Of a stretch of DNA of 64,000 bases, positions 31,127 through 47,914 are shown piece by piece. Location: assembly GCF_009914755.1 (NCBI RefSeq), contig NC_060935.1. One strand, given 5' to 3'. The DNA comes from the human T2T-CHM13v2.0 reference genome, Homo sapiens. Below the pieces are notes generated by a model. It was given only the letters and a program-made list of their open reading frames with translations. It made no database searches and was not told where the DNA came from. The position numbers were made by a program, and so were the translations under genes. How positions within the stretch are numbered: position 1 is the stretch's first letter; each line of letters starts with the position of its first letter.

Positions 31127-33262
31127 CGCGCTCCCCTCCCTCATTTAGCAACAGATATTTATTGTATACCCTTTATGCCAAACACCAGGGAAAAGGAGGT
31201 GAGTGAGATACAACAGCCATGTTGGAATTCAGAGCCTAATGGCAGAGACCTAGAATAAGCCAGCATGATAACAGACTGTGCTAAAGCAAGCGGGCCCAGA
31301 TCACTAGTGTAGCACAGAGGAGGGACCCTAACACCATCTAGGCTGGCTCCCAGAGGAGAGGACACTCAGGATCTCCTACAGGAGAGCAGGATGTATTCAA
31401 CTGTGCCTTCTCAGCATGGACTTTGTACCACCCAGCAACTTTCTAACCTGAGTCTACGAGAGGAAGTGTTCCAGACCCAGCTTACCATAATTACCTGGAG
31501 AGCCCGGGGAAAAAAATACAGATTTCCTTCCCCATGCAGATGAAAGCAGACTCTCCGAGGGCAGAGCCCAGAAATACCCACTTCCATAAGGGAGCCGCAA
31601 GTGCAGGTAGAGCAGTGGTAACGAAGATGGCCGTCCCAGCGGGAGACCCTCAGGCAGAGAGGCCCTTGGGGACAGAACTTGTAACACATGGAACTCCTGC
31701 TGCTCGGTGTCCATCCTGGTTCTCCTTATCCTACATCTGCCCTTCTCTCTGGACTGGAAGCTGGTGATCACTCTTGTCCACTCAATACCCCTAACACAGT
31801 GCCCAGTGCATTCTAAGTGCCCAAGGAACCTTTGTCTTTGTTGAGTAAATTTTTTTTTCTTTTGCCACTTCCTCATTCACTAATAATTTTTTTTTAGGTT
31901 TTCCATCCTAGTTTTGAACCCCAATTACATGGCACAGGATGAATGAGCATGAGAAGTGTATCCAGATACTTTGTTCTCTTACTATTCGAGAATCGAGTTG
32001 GACCTTCCACCGTGCTCAGCTCCGCCTTGGGGTGTCCTAAATAAAACTTTACCACTTTCCTTTACAGTTCAAATCTCTGGTAAGATCTCCGCCAGTTACC
32101 CTCACAAATGTCCTCAGTAATTTTTGTTTGGCAGCTGTTCCCACAGGTCTGCATGAACCAGGTATTTTTCTGCGTTCCCTTTTGCCCCCTCCTCACGTCC
32201 CTTTGTCTCACCACCTAGGAGGCAGCAAAGCCATCCTGTGTCACAGCTGCATTAACACGAACTGGCTAGTTTGGTGAGTCAACAATCCAAAGGCTGTTTT
32301 TTGCAGGGTGCAGCTCCTGTCAGAGCTGTAAGCAATTTTCCCGTCTTCCTGCATGGCCTGGCCAAGGTCATCTCTCTCAGTGCCTGCCTGAGGACAGAGT
32401 AGATAGAGAGGCAAGGAAACACCAGGTGATTTCAGTGCAACTGTGAGCTGGGTTCATCAGCTGTATGTTTCTTGGCACCAAATACTAAACCAAATCCGTT
32501 AAGTTTATCTTGGCCAGCTTAATACTGTTAGCATATTGAAATTCATGATTACGTAGAGCAGGACTGTGATTTCCAGTGGGTAAGTGAACACCTCGCATGG
32601 AACACGGCTGCTATGATGTTAGGTGCTGGATCTAAGGCAACCATTAATAATAGGAAAGGCAAATAAGTTGGTCATAGTCTGGTAGGATGTGTGACAGCCG
32701 CTTTTCAAGAGACATTATTGCTTTTGGTCATGAGAAAGTGTTGATCCTCCTCAGCAAAGCTCGGTCACCATGAAAGCTGCTGGCAGTCTCTGCACATATG
32801 ACCAACAGTGGAAAATCTTAGAGGAGTGATGGGGGTGGTGGGTGGTGGGCAGTACCTTTCCAGACAGCAGAGAGAGAGAGGCTGGTTTTGTCAAGCCTTG
32901 GCTTGGTTCCTGGTCCTCTGAGAGGCTCAGTCTCCTTCCTTTTGATTCAAGGCAGGACCTAGATTAGAAAGAGAACCCCTGCAGAGACAGTCCAGCTGTT
33001 GGGATGGGCCTGCACTTTGCTCTCTGAACCGGGGGGCATTACTATGTTCTCACCCACATTGTACAGACAGCCCATCATGCTCAGCCTTGCAGGAGGGTCT
33101 TCAGGAGCCCAGCCATCTGGCACATACTGCTTTTCCCAAGGGAGTAACAGAAAGGTCAGATCCTCTTCAATCCTAACCCTCTCACTTCAACTCTCCACTA
33201 CTTCTGGGGAATAATGATGTATTATCCAAGACCCTCATATCATATTAACCCACAGACTATGA

Positions 33263-33698
<436 letters not shown>

Positions 33699-36600
33699 TC
33701 CCCTTCTCATTTCTGTCTGCTGACTCCTCTTCCCGTTCTGCTGCTCACATCCGCAGGTTGATGTTTTCACCCTCGGGGTTCTGCCTTATCCCCTGCCACC
33801 CTCCTGTGCTGCCTGGGTCCCTCAGAAGGATGGGTCTGGACTTCCCACACCCTCCTTCGCTGCCCCTCACTGTGTTGCCTGGTGTCTGCCTGAAGAGATG
33901 CAGTTTGAGCCATTGGCTGGTTTCTCTTACTGCTTTGCAAACTATCAGTTTTAAATGTGGGTGGGGCTGAAGCACCATTCTCCATTTTTAATGTGGATTT
34001 TCCATCCCCCTTTAAACATTAAACTTTTAGATTCTTCTAGTGAAATACAGAAAACACACATGAACTGGGATGATTCTTGGCTGAGAGATGTCCCATGGTG
34101 TTTGGCAAACCCACGGAGGGGCCCACAGGCCCATGTCTGGAACTGCCTGGCCCTCCTTTACCAGTTTATCAGCCTTCCATCTCTGCTGAGGTAGAAACAG
34201 CCAGAGGCTCTGATATAATAAAGATGAGCTCTGAAGAGGGGCTCTCTCTCCCTCTTGTATTCAGAAGAACTGAAAGTTTTCATAAGTCTCTAGAGAAGCG
34301 TGGCAACTATCTGTAGCATTTTTCTTTGGGAATTAACCTTTGCCCATAATTATTTCTGTTCAGTAGAATAACCATGGGTTTCTCTATTCCAGTTTCTAGA
34401 ATATAATTTTCATAAATGAGGATGGTCTCCTATTTTGAGCTTAACATTTTTCTATTGCTAGAAAGAATGGTACTGCCTCACTCCAGCTCCTTAGTGTGTG
34501 ATCATGGCTTGAAATCTCTGCTTTCTGTTATATTCGGAGGTAACATGTATAGGTCATGTATAATGGCCTCAGGCATGATTTAGAAGGCACAGACTGAGCA
34601 GGCTGCTTTGTGAGGTGGTGAACTCCCCATTCATGAGAGCATTCAATCAATCAGAAGATGAATAGTTAATCAGATGCTGTAGTTCTGGTTCTTGAATAAC
34701 CAGGAGTTCAGAATAAAATGATCTCGGAGACTCTGTCCATTCTAAGATACCATGTTTCCATGACCCTACACACAATAGCTACACAGGTGGAGCAACATGA
34801 GTCTGAGAAGCTTTGCACAAAAGAAGATTGTTTTCCACAAATGAAAATGGGGTGGTTAACTTCTAATTGTACCCTGTCTTAGCGTTCAGATGCATTGGTT
34901 CCTTCCCCATGTGACCATCTCTTCATTCAAAGCTTAGGCTGAATGTGGATTATTTTTAATTTAATGTTCATATTATAAAAGCAATGAAACAGCAAAGTAG
35001 AGCAAAATATCAACAATCCAATGACTTTATCATAAAAATTATCAGCTTGATATAGTCCTGTTCTTAATATAAACATCTGTGGTTAATTATAGTATTATAT
35101 CTTTTTATTTGAAACATTCAAGTTTTTTTTCATGTTACCACACAGTGTTTGGGATTATATTTTCAAAATAATAATTGACCAGATTGTCCTATCTAGTGAA
35201 TATGCATATAGCTGACTTTGTTGAACATTTATAGGATGTCCATTTTTCCAAAGCTTTAATTATAAATCATGCTGCAGTAAATATCTTCTCGCCCAATATT
35301 CCGAATTATTTCTTAAGATTAGAGACATTAAGTGCGAGTACCAGGTCGAAAACTAGAAGCACTTTAACAGCATTTAACAGATTTTGTTAGAGCTACATTG
35401 CATTCAGTAGACTGGCTATACCAATATATAGTTGCACAGCAAATTCACCTCACCTTACCAGCAAGGGATATTTTCATTTTAAAATTGCTTGGTAACTTTT
35501 CTGGTTTATGTTTCTCTTAGTACAAGCAAGATTATATTTTTTAAAGTGGTTCATCATTTGAAAAGCATCTGTAGTGTTCTTTGCCCATTTATCTTGTGGG
35601 ATGTTAATGGTTTCCTTGTCAAGTTGTGTGAAATATATGTGTGAATTTATTTTTCCAAATAAAATAAAGACATTAACCTTCTATTTTACTGACAACATAT
35701 TGTCTATCTCAGTCTGACTGCATTTTAAAATGTGTTATAGTTGTTTCACACAAAGTTATTTAATTTTTTGTAATGAAATATATCAATAATTGATTGTCTA
35801 CTGGTTCTAGAATATTAGCACTGCTCTAGAAAACATGTTTAATTTTATTTTTAGTTATTGTGATTTTTATCTTTAAAAAGATACTCAGCTTTAGTCCATC
35901 TGTAATTTGTTCTGGTGTGAGGTATATCACCAAGAAACCTCTATTTCCTATTATTATATCTTCCTTATCATATTAAATTTCTACATACCTGACACATAAA
36001 ACAAGATTCTGGGTATCTACTTAATGCCAGTTTATTCTTGGGCCAACACCACAGTTTTATGTATTATTGTTATAAAATGTGTTTTATTTTAAGGACTTGT
36101 TCCCCCTCTTGGCTATTTTCATTATCTCTCATATTTGAAAAAATGTCATTACTCAGTTTATTCCTCAAGATTAGTTTTAGATCCATTTAACCAATTTCCA
36201 AAAGTTCCTCTGATATTTTATTTGATGGGATCCATTTGGCAGGAGTAATGTATTCAGTCCATACATTACTTTGTGGAGAATAGATTTCTTTACAGTTTTG
36301 AATCAAATGCTAGATCTCTCTTGTCTCAAAAAGGTCAGGAGATATGCTAGGAGCAAAGCCCCTTAGACACCTGAGCAAGAGGCTGTGCTAGCCAAGGGGA
36401 GAGGCAGGGAGGGTCGGCGCTGAGGTGGTCTCCAGGGGCGTGCCTGACGGAGGAGGACCTGGCAACAAGCTCGGGCATTTCATTTCTGTGCATCTCCATA
36501 TGCCAACTTGTCTGCCAGGGGCCCGAATTCTGCTGGCAGATTGAGTGCACGTGAGGGCAGGAAGCTTGGGCTCAAGTCCTGCCTGCCCATGAACCTGCTC

Positions 36601-36899
36601 TGTGGCCATGGACAAAGCCACATCACCTGCCTGGGCCCCACCTCCCCAGGACTCTTCCAGCTCTACAATCCTATTCCTCCCTGACACCACAGTGCTATCA
36701 TGCTTCAGCCTTTGACAGGCCTGCGTGGCTTGAAGACAGAGACCATTTGTAATGGACCTGGCTCTCTGTCAGGCCCAGCACCCAACCCAGTGCCTAGCAC
36801 CCCCTAGATGTTGCACAACTATGGCAAGAAGGAGGGAAGGAGGAAATTGTGTAACCCCAATTTGTAGTAGAGTTTTGTCTTAGCTAATGTGTTTTATAG

Positions 36900-37403
36900 T
36901 AGGGGTTCCCAACCCCCGGGTCACTGACCGGTACCGGGCTGCCCAGCAGGTTTGTGGCAGGTGAGCGAGCGAAGCTTCATCTGTATTTACAGCCCCTCCC
37001 CATCACTCACATTACCACGTGAGCTCTGCCTCCTGTCAGATCAGCAGCGCCATTCGATTCCTATAGGAGCACAAAACCCTATCGTGAACTGTGCATGTGA
37101 GGGATCTAGGTTGCGCGCTCCTTCTGAGAATCTAATGCTGATGATCTGTCGCTGTCTCCCATCACCCCAAGATAGGACCATCTAGTTGCAAAACAAGCAA
37201 GCTCAGGGCTCCCACTGATTCTACATTATGATGAGTTGTATAATTATTTCATTATATATTACAACGTAATAATAGAAATTAAAGTGCACAATAAATGCAA
37301 TGCACCCGAATCATCCCGAAGCCATTCCCTCCACACCCCTGTCCGTGGAAAAGTTGTCTTCCACAAAACCAGTCCCTGGTGGCAGAAAGGCTGGGGATCT
37401 CTG
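36900..37403. mobile_element. MER1A-like hAT-Charlie DNA transposon
   Basis: aggggttcccaacccc...gagggatctaggttgcgcgctcc...aaaccagtccctggt...ggctgggga; about 500 bp. Confidence 0.82.
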
Positions 37404-37637
37404 AGAGCACTCTATCTCAAACTTTAACATAAATATGATCTCCTGGGGATCTCGTTAACCTGCAGATTTCTAGGTTAGTAGGTCTGGGGTGGTGCTGCTA
37501 CTAGTTTCCAGACCACACTTTGAGTAGCAAAGTTTTAGAACACGGATCTAGGTGAGGATTCTTGGCTGAAAAAAAGGAGAGTGGGGTTAGGGGTGCTAGA
37601 ATCCTGGTCACAGTTATACTTTAAAGGTATGTGTACA

Positions 37638-37967
<330 letters not shown>

Positions 37968-40024
37968 TTAGAAACACAAAGCCATTTGACAAATTATAGG
38001 GCTGATAAGCGTGTGGGTGACTTTCTTTCACGTGTTTCTTGCTATAAAGTGTTTGCAAAGAATAAAAACTGCAAAGAAAATCAGTGAAAGGGAAAAAAGC
38101 AGTTCATTCTCAGCCACACAGAGGCCATGTGGGGCACACCACTCGTTGCCTCTTACCTGAGCTGCTCTGCACTGCTGGAACAAGGTTTCTGGCTGGGAGG
38201 TTTTCAAAATGTTTTCAAACAGCCTGCTTGAGTTTGCTCCAGTTGAGAAGCATCTGAGGCTATGATCACAGCCAAGGGTGATATGTAACAAGCTGTCCCA
38301 CCTCTGATGCAAATGAAGCCTGCAGAGATATAAGAAAAGCCTTCATTCCTCAGCCAGGGATAACACACAGGCAGACCAGGTGACCAGTGACACCCTTGGC
38401 ACCCACTAAGAGCGGTAAGAAAAATCAATTTAAAAGTTTGCCTTTCTTACAAAAAGAATTTTTATGAGGCCAAAGCGTTGACAAGTTTGTCAGTCCCAGA
38501 ATCTGCTAACACCCTCCCGCTAGCCCCTTAGATTTTTTAGTACTTTTCCCCTCCTCATTTTTAGAGGGGAGGAAAAACCATCTTGAACAAGCAGAAAGTT
38601 TTATCCAAGGTGTTTGGCAGCGACTCTGAGCTCTAGGAAAGATTTATGTCTTCGTCCTCTGGCACTGCCTAGCGTTAGCTCACTTAAAACAACTGAATAT
38701 ATGAGTTCACTTTATCCTGTCAAAGTAGAACCTAGGGCGGCATGGTACCCAGCTGGGGTCCACGGGGACCCTGAGGCAATGCTCATGTCTCAGTCACTTA
38801 TGCTGAGCTCAGCCATTTTTATGTCTGTCTGAGATCATTAAAATGAGGAGGGAAGGGAGCAGAAAGCCCTGTGGAATGAATGGTGTGATGGAAACACCAC
38901 TAGAATCTAGAGGGCTCCGCCAAAAACATGGATTTAGGGGTTCACTTTAAACGCTGCATGTCTCCCATCGTCACCCCTCCCATTAGTAGTCCTTTGGACA
39001 GGAGCAAGACCAGTTGCTTGGAGTATGAGCTTCCTGGAGGGCACCTCCAGAGAGGTTTCTCCATGCTGATGATCCCAAGAATATTTTAATTTTCCTTGTT
39101 AAGTCATTGGTTTTCTTTGCTGCTGCCCCACTACCATTAAGACTAGGCCCTGTGATGGAGCCCACTGCCCCTGAAAAAGGAACGTGTATTCGGTCCTGGA
39201 TGGATTCTCCAGGCCAGACCCAGGTCCACCCACCTCACATGGGCACGGGCTCAGGATTCGCCAAGCAGCTTTGATATTAACCTAAGACAGCAAGATTAGA
39301 AAAGGCACTGCTGCCCCACAGGACTGCACTGTGCCGCCTGAGCCCAGGGAGGCAGGGGAGCTGGGGGCCCAGGGTCTGTGCCTGCCCATCCGGGAGGACG
39401 GTTGCGGGACCCTCTGCTCCCCAGCCCAAGCCTGCTTCCCCTTCCGGAATCCTCAGGCTTCAGCCAGAGGGAGGGGTGGTTTCTGTCTTAAGGGTGGGGA
39501 CCTGGGATTCTAATAGGCCCTCACAATTTCTTGGCATTTAAAGGTGACAGAGCCTGTCGCCTAGAATGAGAACAGTCCAAGGGCAGGGATTGTGCCCTCC
39601 TCCTGGGGAAGGATGGAAAGGAGGGAAGAGCTAGTTAGTTGTTAGCTGATCCTCACACATCCTGAGAAACACTCATGGAAATGCAGTAATGCCATTTCAT
39701 AAACAAGGAAGCTGAGGGGCTGCATCTGCCATCACACAGTGGAAGTGGAATTTGACTGGGGCCTGTCTGAATCCCATTCTTGGCCCTTTCCTGCGTCAGC
39801 ACTGCCCAAACCTCAATCATTCCCATAGCACCATCACCATCTTCGCTAGTCTTCACACTACACACAGCTACATGTATATGTAACTAAATTCTTAAATCTA
39901 CTGATTGTTTAAAAATATAACTAGTTTGATGTGCTAGTTGCATTTTTCCAATATGCATTAGAACAAATAAAAGAATTGTCCATCCACGTGTCACTGGCAT
40001 GCTGCCCAAAGTGCATCTATCACA

Positions 40025-40225
40025 CTAGAGCAGCGGTTCCCACAATGTGGTCCCCAGATCAGCAGCAGCAGCAGCGCAGCAGCACCTACGAACTTCTTAG
40101 AAATGCAAATTCTCGGGCCCCACCACAGACCTCATGAATCAGAAGCCCTTGGGGGTGGGGCTCAGCAACCTCCCCCTCAAACTCTTCTGTTATCCTGATG
40201 CCAGTAAATGTTCGCTTTGCTAGAG
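40025..40225. mobile_element. MER5A-like element
   Basis: ttagaaatgcaaattctcgggccccacc...gaatcagaa. Confidence 0.7.
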
Positions 40226-40500
40226 TGTTTGACCACTTAAGAGTGTCCTGGTCGTTTCACCTGTGTGCCCCCCGGCCCCTCCAGCCATGCCCTGCTCACC
40301 CCACCTCTGGGCCTTTGCCAGAGCCATTTGCCCCTCCTGGATTACTCTGATCTCCTCTTCTCACAGTGTCATTATGAGGACAGAGCACATGAAATCAGAC
40401 TGAGCCTTTCATGGCTGAGTTCAGAAAGACAGTGATTATAATGTGATGAACATCTGCCTCAAGGAAAACACCTTGAAATTTACACATGAGCATGCAAAGT

Positions 40501-41039
40501 TGTCAGAGGCATTTGAACCAGAGCAACTCCGCCTCAAATAGGCGCTGGGTAAAATGAGGCTGAGACCTACTGGGCGTCATTCCCAGTTGGGTAAGGCATT
40601 CTAAGTCACAGGATGAGATAGGAGGTCGGCACAAGATACAGGTCATAAAGATCTGATAAAACAGCTTGCAGTAAAGAAGTTGGTCAAAACCCACCAAAAC
40701 CAAGATGGCCACAAGAGTGACCTCTGGTCGTCCTCGCTGCTACACTCCCATTAGCGCCATGACAGTTTACAAATGCCATGTCAGCATCAGGAAGTTACCC
40801 TATATGGTCTCAAAAGGCAAGGCATGAATAATCCACCCCTTGTTTAGCATATTATCAAGAAATAACCATAAAAATGGGCAACCAGCAGCCCTCAGGGCTG
40901 CTCTGTCTGTGGAGTAGCCATTCTTTTATTTCTTACTTTTTAAATAAACTTGCTTTTGCTTTGCACTTTGCTTTTCTTTCTTGCGTGAAATCCAAGAACG
41001 CTCTCTTGGGGTCTGGATCAGGACCTCTTTCCTGTAACA
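40501..41039 (+). mobile_element. Solo ERV1 LTR, MER41A-type
   Basis: TGTCAGAGGC...CTGTAACA termini, 4-bp TSD AAGT and internal AATAAA; lacks the tandem GAS segment of MER41B. Confidence 0.85.
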
Positions 41040-41194
41040 AAGTGGCAGTGCTTGCTTATTTTTCTGTGACTCCTTGGGCCAGGATTCAGAAATGATGGAA
41101 AGGACCTAGCAAATAAGTGAGTTCCACATTCCCTAGAGCCCTGCAGGTCCAATAGAACTTTCTGCAATGATGGCAGTGTTTCATATCCACACTG

Positions 41195-41957
<763 letters not shown>

Positions 41958-43054
41958 GTATTGAGCACTTTAAATGTGACTAGTGTGTCCAAAAAAATGA
42001 AATTTTAGTTTGATTTTAAATAACCACATGTGGCTAGAGGCTACCATATTGGACAGCACAGTTTAGAATGCTCAGGCATAAACTGGAATAGCCGCTGGTC
42101 AGGGATGCTGTAGAGGGAGCTGTAGGATTGACACTTAGGTGATTTCTAGGTTGTTTTCAATATTTCAGTTTTGATTCTGTAGCTCTAGGAAGAGTAGAAT
42201 TATGGAGAGGCCAAGGGTAGAGAGATGCCCTGTCTTTTTATTACATCCAGAGAGGTTTACTGGTATTGTTGAGAGATGAAAGTAAAGCAAAATGGGGGCT
42301 GAGTTTGGAGACTGGAGATGAGGAGATGTTTCTAGCATAGAATGCAAGCCTTTTGAAGAAGGCTCGGAGGCCAGAGAGAATATATGGCCAGAGAAGATGA
42401 GCAAACCAGGGGTCCTTGAAGAATTTACTCAGCCCTGCCCTCCCCTCCTTCCTGCAGCCTGAGAACCTCCCCCATCTCCTCCTGGCTGGCCCAAGTCTCC
42501 TTGGACCCTGCTCGGCTTCCCAGGCCTCTGCCCCTCTCACCTCCTGGCTTAGAACAATCTCCTCTTTGATTGCTGGCTCAGGCCCCACTGACTGTCAGGT
42601 CATCTGTACCTAATCAGGAGGAGCAGGGGCCTGAAGGATGATAAACGGGGCTTCTCATTTCAATAAAGTGTGTGCAGAATATTAGAAACAGCTGTGGGAC
42701 TTGGCTGGCTGTGCCAGAACCTGTGGAGGCCTAGCGTTTGGGGGAGGAGAGTCGAGACGGAGAACACCAGGGCAGAAGTCTGTTTAAAGGGTGCTTTGCC
42801 ACCTAGGGCTGGCAAAGCCGGTAAGCTTAGTTCAACACCAGCCCCTGCCCGGAGCCCTAGGCCTGGACCAGCCTGGAGAGTGCTCTGCAGTTGGACGACT
42901 CTGGGCGCGGCCAGGCAGGTCTGGATTACCCAGCAGGCGTTTATTTACCTTTATCGTCATTTATTTTACAAATACCACATAGATTTCTGTGCAGATTGCT
43001 TTTCTCACCTAACAAAACATTGTGAAAATCCCTCTAATTTATTCTCTTTTTTTT

Positions 43055-44658
<1,604 letters not shown>

Positions 44659-45199
44659 TAAATGTTATATTTAAATCTTTCGGATCTGAAATTTTGTTTT
44701 AATAACTTAATGAGGTAGAGGTCGTAACCTTTTTTTTTCATTCAGACATAGAGTCAACTGTGCCTATACAATTTATTAAAGAAACCATAGTTTGAATCCA
44801 CTGGTTTGAAATACCACCTTTATTGTACCCTATAATCCATACGCACGGGGATAAATTTCTGAACTTTGTTCTATTTCTGCCCTATGGGGCTATTTATCTT
44901 GTCCTGTACTTTTAATGTACGATTTGATCCCAGTAACTTTATAGTTTTCCTTAGGCCACTTGTAATATTTCTTTGCTGCTGTTGTTTTCATCATTACCAT
45001 TAAAAAATTCCTTCCAGCTATCAGAGCCTGTGAATGTCAGTAACTTCAAAACAGGCCAGAATAAAGCCAAGAAGGGGAGGGATGGGCCTGTCCCTTACCT
45101 GTCCATGTGCCTTTTCAGGAATCAGCTGAGGCAGTGGCCAGACAACAACATTAGGTGAGCACCCACTACGCATTCAGCATTGCTCTTACCACTAACGAC

Positions 45200-45888
45200 A
45201 AAGCTGGAAGACCAGAACTTCCAGCAATGGGGTAACAAGGTTCTTATTTCTCAGCTCTGGACCTGTATCTTCTGCAGCCAGTTTTGCGATGTTGGGCTTG
45301 GACCCTACCAACTCCATTTCTGTTTTGCCAGTCACTAGAGGGAGGCTGCAGGCGGGACAGGAAGTGTGGACAGGCTCCTTCCTGTTTGCATCTGTGTGTT
45401 CCCTGTGAGGGCACCCCAGCAACACATCTTCACCCCAGGAACAGCAGGCCCCTCCTGGAGCAGCACCTGATCCAGTTTGCAGTGTTCCCAACACTTGCAG
45501 CTCCATCATCCACCCCACCCCAGCCCTGCATCCCTACCTGAGAGACCCCAGCACCAGCTGGCAGGTGCCCCTTCCGCAGAGGTCTGGGTGCAGGAGTCCT
45601 TTCTTCACACCCGGAGACCCCAGCTCCCGCTGAGTTGAGCCCCCTCCTCAGATGTCTGGGTCACAGGCTCTGGAACCCTCCTTCAAAACTCTTCCTTAGG
45701 GTTCTCCAGCCCTGGAGTGGTAGCTGCTCCTGCAGGTGCAACCCCCATGAAAGCTTACTCTTCTCTCTCCTTACCCTCTCCTTACCTAATTAACAACTTC
45801 ATACCTCATTATCAGTTCCTTATGCTGAATTCTCTTTTCAAACTAACTGGTGTGGTTTCTGTCTCCTGATTGAACCCCAGCTGACACA
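45200..45888 (+). mobile_element. Old ERVL/MaLR-class LTR remnant (5' boundary uncertain)
   Basis: 3' terminus ggtgtggtttctgtctcctgattgaaccccagctgacaca. Confidence 0.45.
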
Positions 45889-46699
45889 GGTAATGAGGAA
45901 TTGAAGTTTTCTGGGAAGTGAGGGCTGCCTCTCTTGGCCGCCCTGCTGAGAGCTCCCTTCCCTCCTCCATTCCCAGAATTATTTGGCTGCTGGTCGCCAA
46001 GGAGACGACTGACAATTTCCAGTTGCCAAGCCTCACCCTGGAGCTCTACAGAGACATTATGGAAACTCCCCACTCCTTCCTGCTCCTCAGCCAGGGAACT
46101 TGGAGAATCTAGCCAGGTTGGGTGGAGGGCACTGGGAGGGGATAGAGAGGAGGTGACAAGCCTGAAGATGGAGAGAGCAGCTAGAAGTTTCCCTGGGCCC
46201 TGGCTTCCCCAACAGACCTCAAAAGTCTGGCCCACCCTTGAAGGCTAGGGCTGGCCTGGTGGGCATCCCCTGTGCTGGGTCCAGACAGACTCCTACCAGG
46301 GACCTCCAACCAGACCCTCAACTACAGAGAACTGTCCCTATATTGTCATTCCCGGCCTGGTAGCAGCACTGTTGCCAGATGGGGCAGAACCCAGGAAGAA
46401 CCTGGGAACTGAAGGGCTAGGAGTCTTTCCTGGGGGAAGGAACTGCAGCTGTCCTGAGCACTTTGCTCATATCAGACAGCACTCAAATGCACTGAGGCCT
46501 AGTGTCACAGCCCGGGAAACAGCAACAACAGCAACGCTAATAATAATAATCGTAGTGGTGCAGTAGGTGTGACTCTTACTCTACAAACTTAGGTGCACAA
46601 AAATATCCATTTCTCTATTTCACTAAAATCAAGTAGAGTTGAGTTCATTCCTGGGGCTCCTGCCTTTTTCCAGCGTCCCACCAGAACCCGGGGGCTTAT

Positions 46700-47084
46700 T
46701 GCTATGGTTTAAATGTGTCCCCAAAATTCAGGTGTTGCCAGTGTGGTAGTATTAAGAGATGGGGTCTCCAAGAGGTGGTTGGGCCACGAGGGCTCCTCCC
46801 CTGTGAATGGGAGTAGCTGCCCTTATAAAAGGGCTTGACAAAGGGAGTTTATCCCTTTTTGCCCTTCTGCCTTCCACTATGTGGGGACATGGCCTTCGTC
46901 TCCTCTGGAAGATGCAGTGACAAGGCGCCATCTTGGAAGACAACAGCTCTCACCAGACACCGGACCTGCTGGAGCCCCGGTCTTGGACTTCCCAGTCTCC
47001 AGAACTGTAAGAAAATAAATTTCTGTTCTTTATAAATTACCCAGTCTCAGGTATTCTAGTATAGCCACACAAATTGACTAAGAA
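46700..47084 (+). mobile_element. MaLR solo LTR (MST family)
   Basis: tgctatggtttaaatgtgtcccc...ccagaactgtaagaaaataaattt...gactaaga. Confidence 0.82.
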
Positions 47085-47619
47085 ACTTAGGAGGGATGAA
47101 ACCAAGGGAAGGCCTCTAACTGCCGGTCCATCGTGGTGGTTGTTGGCCTGCTCGTTGTCCAAGCTTTCTGTGGGCCTGTGCAGTCAGCAATAGCTCTCCA
47201 GTCCTGTACGCTCTGGGGTCCTGGCCTGCTGTCTCCAGACTCTTCTTCTCCCAGGTACCTAGTGACCTCTGAACTGTCCCCAAACTCAGGGAAATCTCTT
47301 CCTCTCTGCTCTAACTGCCCCCAAAGGCACTCTCCTTTCTCCATCTCACCCCTTCCACCACCCGGCATACCTCACACAACTTTTACAAAATTAGGAAGAT
47401 GTTAATGTACAGCTTCTTCCCTGCAAGAATCCCCATGGCAATGCAGGGCTAGAGGCCTGGTGAAAGCAGCTTCTGGTCTGTTTTTGCGTAGTAGTTTAAG
47501 GTAAGCTAAAGACATCGGGACATCTCATTGCTGAGTGTTTTAGTATTCATTAAAAAACAGAAACATTGTCTTACATCATCAAAAAACTATTCTCACATAT
47601 AACAAAATTAATTTTCTAA

Positions 47620-47914
47620 CTTTTTTTTTTTTTTGAGACTGAGTCTTTCTCTGTTGCCCAGGCTGGAGTATAGTGGCGTGGTCTCGGCTCACTACAACCC
47701 CCACCATCCAGGTACAAGTGATTCTCGTGGCTCAGCCTCCTGAGTAGCTGGGACTACAGGAACACGCCACCACACCCGACTAAGTTTTGTATTTTTAGTA
47801 GAGAGAGGGTTTCACCATACTGGCCAGGCTGGTCTCAAACTCCTGACCTCAAGTGATCTGCCCGCCTCGGCCTCCCAAAGTGCTGGGATTACAGGCGAGA
47901 GCCACCGTGCCTGG
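47620..47914 (-). mobile_element. Alu (AluS-type)
   Basis: Full antisense Alu. Confidence 0.92.

Noticed and set aside
40800-40840. MER41 as an interferon-inducible STAT1 enhancer
   Set aside because: The tandem GAS motifs are absent from this copy.
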